Shown here in pieces: positions 38,810 to 48,820 of a DNA stretch of 64,000 nt. The notes under the pieces were generated by a model. The model made no database searches. It saw only the letters and a program-made list of their open reading frames with translations, and had not been told where the DNA came from. Within the stretch, counting starts at the first letter, position 1. Each line of letters starts with the position of its first letter. The position numbers and the translations under genes were made by a program. The DNA is from Macrostomum hystrix (taxonomy: Eukaryota > Animalia > Platyhelminthes). Location: contig CATNEN010000003.1 in the NCBI GenBank assembly GCA_950097015.1, forward strand, positions 1,984,001-2,048,000, in the 5' to 3' direction.

Positions 38810-41062
38810 TAGTTTGGGGATTCTGAAGCTCCGGGATTGTGAAGTTTAGGGATTGAAAATTTTGTGGATTGGGAAGTTTTAGGATTGGGAAGTTTGGAGA
38901 TAGGGAAGTTTGGGGATTGGGAATTTTGGCGGATTGGGAAGTTTGAGAAGTGGGATGTTTGAGGATTGGCAAGTATAGGGATTAAGATGTTTGAGGATTG
39001 GGAAGTTTGGGGATCGGGGAAGTTTGAGGATCGGAAAGTTTGGGGATTGGGAAGTTTAAGGATTGGGAAGTTTATGGATTGGGAAGTTTAAGGATTGGGA
39101 AGTTTATGGATTGGGAAGTTTAAGGATTGGGAAGTTTATGGATTGGGAAGTTTGAGAAGTGGGATGTTTGAGGATAGGCAAGTATAGGGATCAAGATGTT
39201 TGAAAATTGGGAAGTTTAGCGATCGGGGAGTTTGAGGAGTGGGAAGTTTGAGGATTGGGAAGTTTGAGGATTGGGAAGTTTGAGGATTGGGAAGTTTGAG
39301 GATCGGGAAGTTTGAGGATTGGGAAGTTTGGGGATTGGGAAGTTTGGGGATTGGGAAGTTTAGGAATTGGGAAGTTTGGCGATCGGGAAGTTTAGGAATT
39401 GGGAAGTTTGGGGATTGGGAAGTTTGGGGATTGGGAAGTTTAGGGATTGGGATGTTTGAGCATTGGAAAGTTTGGGGATTGGGAAGTTTGGGAATTGGGA
39501 AGTTTAGGAATTGGGAAGTTTGGGGATTGGGAAGTTTGAGGATTGGGAAGTTTAGGGATTGGGATGTTTAAAGAGTGGGAAGTTTGGGGATTGGGAAGTT
39601 TGGGGATTGGGAAGTTTGAGGATTGGGAAGTTTGAGGAGTGGGAAGTTTGAGGATAGGCAAGTATAGGGATCAAGATGTTTGAAAATTGGGAAGTTTAGC
39701 GATCGGGGAGTTTGAGGAGTGGGAAGTTTGAGGATTGGGAAGTTTGAGGATTGGGAAGTTTGAGGATTGGGAAGTTTGAGGATCGGGAAGTTTGAGGATT
39801 GGGAAGTTTGGGGATTGGGAAGTTTGGGGATTGGGAAGTTTAGGAATTGGGAAGTTTGGCGATCGGGAAGTTTAGGAATTGGGAAGTTTGGGGATTGGGA
39901 AGTTTGGGGATTGGGAAGTTTAGGGATTGGGATGTTTGAGCATTGGAAAGTTTGGGGATTGGGAAGTTTGGGAATTGGGAAGTTTAGGAATTGGGAAGTT
40001 TGGGGATTGGGAAGTTTGAGGATTGGGAAGTTTAGGGATTGGGATGTTTAAAGAGTGGGAAGTTTGGGGATTGGGAAGTTTGGGGATTGGGAAGTTTGAG
40101 GATTGGGAAGTTTGAGGAGTGGGAAGTTTGGCGATCGGGAAGTTTAGGAATTGGAAAGTTTGGGGATTGGGAAGTTTGGGGATCGGGAAGGTTAGGAATT
40201 GGGAAGTTTGGGGATTGGGAAGTTTGGGGATTGGGAAGTTTAGGAATTGGGAAGTTTGGCGATCGGGAAGTTTAGGAATTGGGAAGTTTGGGGATTGGGA
40301 AGTTTAGGAATTGGGAAGTTTGGGGATTGGGAAGTTTGGGGATTGGGAAGTTTAGGAATTGGGAAGTTTGGCGATCGGGAAGTTTAGGAATTGGGAAGTT
40401 TGGGGATTGGGAAGTTTATGAATTGGGAAGTTTGAGCATTGGAAAGTTTGGGGATTGGGAAGTTTAGGGATTGGGAAGTTTGGGGATTGGGAAGTTTAGG
40501 GATTGGGATGTTTGAGAATTGGAAAGAATGGGGATTGGGAAGTTTTGGGATTGGGAAGTTTGGGGATTGGGAAGTTTGGGGATTGGGAAGTTTAGGGATT
40601 TGGGATGTTTGAGCATTGGAAAGTTTGGGGATTGGGAAGTTTGAGGATTGGGAAGTTTGAGGAGTGGGAAGTTTGGCGATCGGGAAGTTTAGGAATTGGA
40701 AAGTTTGGGGATTGGGAAGTTTGGGGATCGGGAAGGTTAGGAATTGGGAAGTTTGGGGATTGGGAAGTTTGGGGATTGGGAAGTTTAGGAATTGGGAAGT
40801 TTGGCGATCGGGAAGTTTAGGAATTGGGAAGTTTGGGGATCGGGAAGTTTAGGAATTGGGAAGTTTGGGGATTGGGAAGTTTGGGGATTGGGAAGTTTAG
40901 GAATTGGGATGTTTGAGAATTGGAAAGAATGGGGATTGGGAAGTTTGGGGATTGGGAAGTTTGGGGATTGGGAAGTTTGGGGATTGGGAAGTTTAGGGAT
41001 TTGGGATGTTTGAGCATTGGAAAGTTTGGGGATTGGGAAGTTTGGAGATTGGGAGGTTTTGA
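38810..41062. repeat. 16-bp minisatellite (GGGAAGTTTGGGGATT) with a 480-bp higher-order duplication
   Basis: Direct reading; PRMT3 intron 4. Confidence 0.95.
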
Positions 41063-41109
41063 AAGTTTGGTGGATGATAATTTCAGTTGAGAAGGTTACA
41101 TAAGCTAAC

Positions 41110-41371
41110 CTGAGCCGAAGCAGTTGGTTTTGCAGTGAGCATATCAATGCGACAAATGGACGCCGAATCAGTAGCCACCCATTCAGGTTTCAAATCGTAA
41201 GCAATGTGAGTCTCAGCTAAGCTGAGCTCCTTCAAATAGGACACACGAATGCCGTAGACATTGTCAAAGTAAAGGGCGTTGCTCTGATACAACTCCTCGG
41301 AGTCAAGGCCGCAGAGGCGCAGGTCGCACAGGCGCGGATAAACAGCACCACCGGGTTTGAGATAGCGGTCT
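41110..41371 (-). CDS. PRMT3: PRMT3 exon 4
   Basis: attcag|A gives RDRYLKPGGAVYP ... DNVYGI; CAG|gttagc; phase 2-0. Confidence 0.85.
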
Positions 41372-41534
41372 CTGAATTAAAGACAGTTTCAAGTCGTGGA
41401 GACAATTGTAAGGATTATAAAGGATTGCTGAATATAGAATTTTATTGCATGAGAACCGAGATTTGAGTAAAAAAACTTTAAGCTTTTGACTCAAAAATTT
41501 GGTCGTAAGTTCGAAACTCGAGAAGTTATGGTAG

Positions 41535-41612
41535 GCGTGCTCAGGGGTCACCAAAATGAACAGAATTGCCTCCTCACTGCCTGCCTGTCTAGTGTCACTA
41601 AATGATGTGCTG
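41535..41612 (+). mobile_element. Family B 3' fragment followed by short tandem GGGGGAATTAGTTCTCTGCTGCT copies
   Basis: GTGCTCAGG...CAGAATTGCCTCCTC...GTCTAGTGTCA..AAATGATGTGC matches 47056-47130. Confidence 0.55.
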
Positions 41613-43200
41613 GGGGAATTAGTTCTTTGCTGCAGGGGGGAAATTAGTTCTCTGCTGCTGGGGGGAATTAGGGGGGAATTAGTTCTCTGCTGCTGGGGGA
41701 ATTAGTTCTCTGCTGCTGGGGGGGACATTAGTTTTTTTATTGCTGAGGGGATAGTATTCACATGTACCTCAGTAGCATTAAGCTGAGTTGTATCAAACGT
41801 AAGTTACTTGGGTTATTTTTGCCCCAATGGGGCTCTTGGTGTACTGACCGGATGTCTCAGAATGTATTCAAGCTCAGACTGACTATTTTTGTATTTAGTG
41901 AGAATTCTAATTCTCGTTGACTCGCAATAACGTATATTCGCAATCAGGGAAATTATGACTGACGAAATGAGTTTACTTTTTGTTTGCTTTCAGGTGTGTT
42001 TTGTCCTTCTGCATTGCACAAGATTTTTTTGTCTGACCAGTAGTTCTCCCCGAAGGGGGGGCAAAACTTGCTAGTTGTATACTAAAGAAAGCTTGCTATT
42101 GTATGTTTAAGTAGGGTAGGAAAGTGAGTGAATTTTTGCGTGGAAAATTAGCCCGTTATCAGAAATCTTCTGACCCTGACCGTGAAATCTTCTCACATGC
42201 CCCCACACTAGAATTTCGTCTGTGGATCTCTATAGACTGAGATATTTTCAACAAGGACGCGACTGGAGACAACTCGCTATTGAACTCTGGGTCGCAGGTA
42301 GAAACGCAATGATTGCGATCAGACAGAGGTAAACAGACCACGCGGTTTAAACCACGCAGACATTTTTGGATTAACGTCTGTTGCGATGCTAAATGCCTGT
42401 TTTTTGTTCTGCTTGTTTTGTTGCTGTTGTGCTTTTAACAATTGTTGACATGCGCTGACGAATCCGAAGTTAAAAAGGTATATTATTATTATTAGTAATT
42501 GGTAATTATTATTCGAGTCCAAAGCCACTGATGTGCCGTTTCTACATTTGCTTTTTTTATTTGCGTTTTATCGGACCAAATATTTCAAATATAATTCGTC
42601 ACAGGAATTATTTATAAATCGATTGTAGCCGTATAGACTTGAATTATTGAATCGAAAGCTTAACTAATTACTTCTTTTAGATGGTCCGAAAAGGGTTTTA
42701 TTTGCGAATCACCAGGCAGCGCTGCGCGGGCCAAGGAATGTCCATATGCCATATGGATAATGGGTACAAGACTCATTTTGAATTTTGAATTTCAGTTTTC
42801 TGTACGCGTCTGCATAGAATTTTATTTTTGAAGGCTTTTGCTGAGTGGAAAGCACGGTGAGGTGAGGAAAAAGTCGGAATATATTTTCCAACTGAAAATC
42901 CATTCTGAAAGCAATGCTGGTTTTCACTAAATCAATCAGTCGTGACAATAAACGCTTCAAGGGGAATTTTTCGTCGATAAAAGCTTTTTAAGCTGGTTAA
43001 AATTGAATTGTTGATATCAGTTTTTCTACTCTGTATCCAAGGATACAAAAACAACAATTATATAGTTTTTGACTATTTGTATAGATAAGGAAACCAGTGA
43101 ATCATCTTTCATCCACAAAGCAGAATTTTCTTGATGGCTATAAATTGTCCACCAAAATCAAGCTAGCGCAGGTAGCAACTAAAAAATCTACGAAGCCGAA

Positions 43201-43989
43201 ATGCTTTCCAAAGCAATTCTAGCCATTAGTCTGCTAGTGTTTAGGCAGGCTTATTGCATCAACTGCATGAAGTTCACTTCTATCAACGGATTATTGTGCA
43301 TTGGCGAAGAATTTATTGAGAATTATCCGGCGATAATGAGTGATCTTGGCTGCGCTTTGAAATGCCGCCATAACCAGCGTTGTCAAGCCTTCACTATGGC
43401 AACTATGGCAAACAGTTATCACATCTGTCAGCTGTTTATATTCGACAAGTGCAGCAAACGGATTAGAGACTGCAACTGTGACAAGAGAGGCCAGGTGTTT
43501 GTAAAAGAACAGCCGGGCATTGAACCTGGCCAATTGTGTCCAATCGATTTTAAACTCGGCAGCCAATGCGGAGTAAAGTACAAGCAGCACTTGGCGCCGT
43601 ATCTTCAAACAATGACTTGGCAAGAAGGCAGGCACAAATGTGAATCAGAGAATGGTCTGGTCATTATGGCGGATGTCATTAGCTCATCTGAGGATACTTA
43701 CATCAACTCAATCAAAAGCAAATACATAAAACTTCAATATCATGAGTATTTATATGTCGGTGGCTTGCAAACACCTGGGAGCCGACTACCAACTAAAGGC
43801 TGGTACTGGATATCGTGCAACATCGCCATCGACAGCACACTCTGGGCTATTGACCAGCCTAGCAACTATTTCAGGACCAACAATGTCATTGGTATTAACA
43901 TGGCCAGTCAGCGAGGCTTATTCGATCTATCCGACGCGGACAACCGCACTAAGGGCACGATTTGCGAATGCGTGTCACCTTTTGATTGA
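43201..43989 (+). CDS. Secreted PAN/apple + C-type lectin-like protein, intronless, nested antisense in PRMT3 intron 3
   Basis: Signal-peptide-like MLSKAILAISLLVFRQAYC; CALKC-x5-CQAF...CQLF (PAN/apple); TWQEGRHKC, YVGG, WYW, W..DQPS and ICE (CTLD); TATAAA at 43139-43144 and AATAAA at 43995-44000. Confidence 0.8.
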   Translation: MLSKAILAISLLVFRQAYCINCMKFTSINGLLCIGEEFIENYPAIMSDLGCALKCRHNQRCQAFTMATMANSYHICQLFIFDKCSKRIRDCNCDKRGQVFVKEQPGIEPGQLCPIDFKLGSQCGVKYKQHLAPYLQTMTWQEGRHKCESENGLVIMADVISSSEDTYINSIKSKYIKLQYHEYLYVGGLQTPGSRLPTKGWYWISCNIAIDSTLWAIDQPSNYFRTNNVIGINMASQRGLFDLSDADNRTKGTICECVSPFD

Positions 43990-44179
43990 TGCCTAATAAA
44001 CACAATCAGGCTAAAACAATGTCAACTTTTGGCTTTTTTACTAACAGTTTATACTCCTTGAAATGGTATCTTTAAAAACTTCGATAATTGTCATTCAAAA
44101 TAAAAAATGCTGTGAAATAAACAGTCCATTTTCTCAAGAACTTCTATTGGTGTTACTTCACTGTCAAACAAGTTGTTAA

Positions 44180-44894
44180 CTTGTAATCGGGTTATGACCA
44201 ACTAAACCACCTTTTAATCGGGTTATGACCAACTAAACCACCTTGTAATCGGGTTATGACCAACTAAACCACCTTGTAATCGGGTTATGACCAACTAAAC
44301 CACCTTGTAATCGGGTTATGACCAACTAAACCACCTTGTAATCGGGTTATGACCAACTAAACCACCTTGTAATCGGGTTATGACCAACTAAACCACCTTG
44401 TAATCGGGTTATGACCAACTAAACCACCTTGTAATCGGGTTATGACCAACTAAACCACCTTGTAATCGGGTTATGACCAACTAAACCACCTTGTAATCGG
44501 GTTATGACCAACTAAACCACCTTGTAATCGGGTTATGACCAACTAAACCACCTTGTAATCGGGTTATGACCAACTAAACCACCTTGTAATCGGGTTATGA
44601 CCAACTAAACCACCTTGTAATCGGGTTATGACCAACTAAACCACCTTGTAATCGGGTTATGACCAACTAAACCACCTTGTAATCGGGTTATGACCAACTA
44701 AACCACCTTGTAATCGGGTTATGACCAACTAAACCACCTTGTAATCGGGTTATGACCAACTAAACCACCTTGTAATCGGGTTATGACCAACTAAACCACA
44801 TTGTAATCGGGTTATGACCAACTAAACCACCTTGTAATCGGGTTATGACCAACTAAACCACCTTGTAATCGGGTTATGACCAACTAAACCACCT
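44180..44894. repeat. 31-bp highly homogeneous minisatellite (TTGTAATCGGGTTATGACCAACTAAACCACC)
   Basis: Direct reading; PRMT3 intron 3. Confidence 0.95.
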
Positions 44895-44946
44895 GGGAAT
44901 CGTGTAATGACCTATTAAACCACCTGGGTTTAACAAAAATCATTAC

Positions 44947-45290
44947 CTAGCGTAGAGCACACTCTCTAGCATGCCTTCGTACAGCAGACAATAGCCCATC
45001 CATTCGGACACGATGGCGTCGACTTTCACATCGCTCAGCTCATCCAAATGTTCCAATTTGCCGCGATGAAAGCTAATAACATCTGCCAGATTGTTATCTT
45101 TCGCGGCAATCTCAGCTTGTTTGATAATGTCGGCGCAATCGACTGCTAATACCCGACTCGCGCCAGATTTGGCTGCGAACATGCTCAGAATGCCGGTTCC
45201 GCAACCGACGTCCATAATTGCGCGATTTTTAAACAGCGCATCCGCATTGCTAGCTATGAAATTGTGGTAGGCACCGGTGCGGATTCGATC
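44947..45290 (-). CDS. PRMT3: PRMT3 exon 3 (SAM-binding domain)
   Basis: DRIRTGAY, MDVGCGTGILSMFAA and VSEWMGYCLLYEGML (double-E loop); phase 0-2. Confidence 0.9.
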
Positions 45291-45814
45291 CTTGAATTGC
45301 AAAATTTATGATTTTAATAGTTTGGCGAATTGAGAAGTAATAAAAATCGGAAAATCGGAACTCTGGTTATTTTAATTTAGATTATAGGACTTTAGGGAAC
45401 TAGAATTGCTAGGCTTTTGGGGTTTAGGTATTTAAAATTTAGTTCTAAAATAAGAATTTAGAGCATGGGGCTTTAAGGCAATTGGAATCTAGAGAACTGT
45501 AATTTAGAAAACTGCGATTTAGGGGATCTCCCCTACAGAATTGGGCTAAGGAGAAAGAGGATTCAAGGATTCAGGATCTAGAAACTGGGATTTAGCCAAC
45601 TTTGATTTAGGCAATTGGGATTTTCTGAGATCGAAATAGAGATTTCAAAAAGTGGGATTTTGGAAATTCAGATTTTGGTATAGAGCTTTAGGGATTTGAG
45701 ACTTGGGAAATCTGGGTTTTAGGGAATCAAACCCTATAGATTTAGAGAATTGGGATTTAGAGAATTGGGATTTTGTGAATAAGACATTGTGAAATCATAA
45801 CTTAAAGAATCAGG

Positions 45815-46210
45815 ATTTAGAGAATCGGGATTCAGAGAATCGGGATTCAGAGAATCGGGATTCAGAGAATCGGGATTCAGAGAATCGGGATTCAGAGAAT
45901 CGGGATTCAGAGAATCGGGATTCAGAGAATCGGGATTCAGAGAATCGGGATTCAGAGAATCGGGATTCAGAGAATCGGGATTCAGAGAATCGGGATTCAG
46001 AGAATCGGGATTCAGAGAATCGGGATTCAGAGAATCGGGATTCAGAGAATCGGGATTCAGAGAATCGGGATTCAGAGAATCGGGATTCAGAGAATCGGGA
46101 TTCAGAGAATCGGGATTCAGAGAATCGGGATTCAGAGAATCGGGATTTAGAGAATCGGGATTCAGAGAATCGGGATTCAGAGAATCGGGATTCAGAGAAT
46201 CGGGATTTAG
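45815..46210. repeat. 15-bp minisatellite (CGGGATTCAGAGAAT)
   Basis: Direct reading; PRMT3 intron 2. Confidence 0.95.
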
Positions 46211-46250
46211 GGAACTAATAATCAGGGAATTGGATATAAAATAAACTGAC

Positions 46251-46632
46251 CTTCAGCATCTCAGCGTGAATCGAATCTCCGCTGTAACTATCAACATAGT
46301 ATTCATCTTCATCGTCGTCCAAGTCGGCAATAGTACGCGCTGACTGTGGCATTGAAGACGACGACGCGCGGCCAGCCGGGAGCCCGGACCGACCTGGCGG
46401 GCTGGCAGAGCCCTCGCAGCCGGCGAATCTTCTCAACACGGCAGACATGCCGGCAATTTCACTCCTAAGCGATTCAACCTGATCTTCCAGTTCTTTGATG
46501 CGTTGATCTTTCAACGAGTCAACGAGTCCAGTAGTTTCACGACTATTGGATACTAGATCTTCGATATCAACCTCAAACATTAGAGGATCAACAATTAGCT
46601 GCGATTCGGTCGTTGATGCCATCTCGACGTCG
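46251..46632 (-). CDS. PRMT3: PRMT3 exon 2
   Basis: ttttag|C phase 2; DPLMFEVDIEDL, coiled coil, DEYYVDSYS...IHAEMLK|gtcagt. Confidence 0.85.
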
Positions 46633-46851
46633 CTAAAAATGTATAGGATGCCAATGGTAAATAAATATTATATTTTAGAGACACAGAATCGAACTCTAGA
46701 CCTCTCTCGGTTATGAATCCAAATCTATAGACTGAGATACAGTCCCTAAGGTTCAATCTTCACAGCATTTCACTACTAGGTAGAACAACAGGCAGGCTAA
46801 AGATGGAAGATTTAAAGATTTGATAAAACTACTGAGAGTAAGACAACAATT

Positions 46852-47140
46852 GGGGGTGGGTGGCAGAGCGGTTAACGCGTCCATGAGCTCGATTCCGCGG
46901 CGAGGCCACGTTAATTTGCGGCGCAGCCGCGGAGAGAAGGCTGGGGGGCTTGTCGTGCAGTCTAAGCCCTTGAGGGCCAACCTCCAAGGCACAGTGAGAG
47001 TGTACACTGCCTGACGATAAGAAGGTCGGGGGAGATGTACACACCTGTGTGCGTGTGTGCTCAGGAGTCAGCGAAATGGTCAGAATTGCCTCCTCGCTGG
47101 CTGCAGGTCTAGTGTCATCAAATGATGTGCCTTTGCCCGC
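46852..47140 (+). mobile_element. SINE-like family B in PRMT3 intron 1
   Basis: A-box-like GTGGCAGAGCGGTTAACGCG and B-box-like GCTCGATTCC; 3' part recurs diverged at 41535-41612. Confidence 0.55.
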
Positions 47141-47179
47141 AGCCCTCCTGCAAATTAATATTATCTGCGCTTAACTCAC

Positions 47180-47568
47180 CCGCCTCCATCAGTAGGATCT
47201 TCATTAGCCGTTGACTTTAAAAACTCCATCAGAATTTGTCTTAGCTCCGGCAATAGAGCATTGCAGCCAGCTTGGTCTTTGTTTCGACTCTGACGCAAGC
47301 GTAGATATCGAATTAGACGCACCCAAGCAGCCTGATCAAGAATGCCAACACTGGCTAGTAAGCTGCCAAAATTGTCTACTCCGTGAACAGCTGACATGTG
47401 TTGGCTAATCAAATCGTCTGCATCTGCTGAAGATTGATCATTGCAGAATAGGCAGATGTGATACTGTTTTCTATTAGCATCTAAATCATCTGGCACCTCA
47501 ATGTAAGTGTCATCGTCTTCCTCGCTGTCACTTCTATCATCACAGCCTCGATAATCAGATAGTTCCAT
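47180..47568 (-). CDS. PRMT3: Protein arginine methyltransferase 3, exon 1 (acidic N-terminus, C2H2 zinc finger)
   Basis: ATG at 47568; CLFC...HMSAVH; donor GG|gtgagt, phase 2. Confidence 0.8.
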
Positions 47569-48490
47569 GAACTGTGAATCTATAAGAATTGGTGGTAATA
47601 CATTTTGATGACTGTATAGCAATTTGGCATTTACTTACAGTTAACTAGAAAAATCTAGTTTGAAAAAGTATATATGTCATATCTAGATAACAGAATCGTG
47701 TTTTATAATAGATAAATATATCAATACTATATTGTAAGCCCTAGGGTTTCGGTGGGATAGATTATAATTTACAAACAATAGCACAGCTTATGTTTTCAAT
47801 TTTCCAATATAACTTAATCTTTTTTCTCATAAATTGGGAACTGTTTTACTAGCATATATCCATGAAAAGCTTGCCATTTTATATATTCTTAGAATTATGA
47901 TAAAAAAGGAGCAAATATACAATGGGTGTCCCTAGAGTTCCTGTAATTACTATCATAAGTTCTGCAACATCTATATTTGTGTAGCTAGTATAGCTTCAAG
48001 ACAATATGTAACACCAAATTTATGTAATAAAATAATTCTTCCATTCTATATAGCATGGCTGTAAAAAAATAAAGAACAATAGTAATAACAAAAGTGTTTT
48101 ATCAAATAAAAGAAGCTACTATTTTGACTTGACAATGATGAGATGCATATTTCAAATAATACAGACCATATATAGTGCCTAACCAGTAGGTTTACTTTAC
48201 TAATTTACTCTTAAAATAATTTCCTGAAATTAAAATGTTTTAAAAATATATATTATGTATTAATTTAATATTTGAGTACAAGGCAAAGACAAAGTCAGCT
48301 ACAACTTATTCAGGTACAAATACAACAAGAGTTGCTTGAATATTTATATTAATATTGACGTATTTTTAGTCTAATGTGATAAGTTAATCAATAAGTCAAT
48401 ATATTTATAAGCTAGAACAATCAACTAAAGGTTAAAAAAGTAGCCCAACCCTTATCAATAGCTTAAGAACTAAAAAACCAAGAATTATAT

Positions 48491-48793
48491 TGTGATGACT
48501 TAAGACTGAAGGCTGGCCAAGAATTGATTCACAAGATCGTAGCGAGCCAGTTGGAAGTTGCGGCTCCTTATATTATCGCTCTGTTCTATTTGACCCTAGG
48601 GCTTAGGGCACGGCTGGGCCCCGCGGGCCAGCCACCTCAACCAGCACGCAAGCCACGCCTGACACTGGTAAACAACTCAGCTTGCACTAAGAACCGACAG
48701 ACATAAACAATCGATGGTAGCAAAGCCATAATACAAAGTGGTGCAGAGTGAACGCATTGAATAACATTCAAGAGTCCATTGAATAACATCACA
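48491..48793 (-). repeat. 3' LTR
   Basis: Direct repeat of 52804-53106; preceded on the minus strand by polypurine tract AGAGGGGAGA (48803-48794). Confidence 0.95.
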
Positions 48794-48820
48794 TCTCCCC
48801 TCTGAGTCAGTTTTCTCCCA

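Noticed and set aside
38810-41062. Interstitial telomeric repeat
   Set aside because: The unit is a 16-mer; TTAGGG occurs only sporadically, not as tandem arrays.
31514-41147. ORFs within the 20/40-, 21- and 16-bp arrays
   Set aside because: Repeat translations; those at 37.5-41 kb are inside PRMT3 introns.
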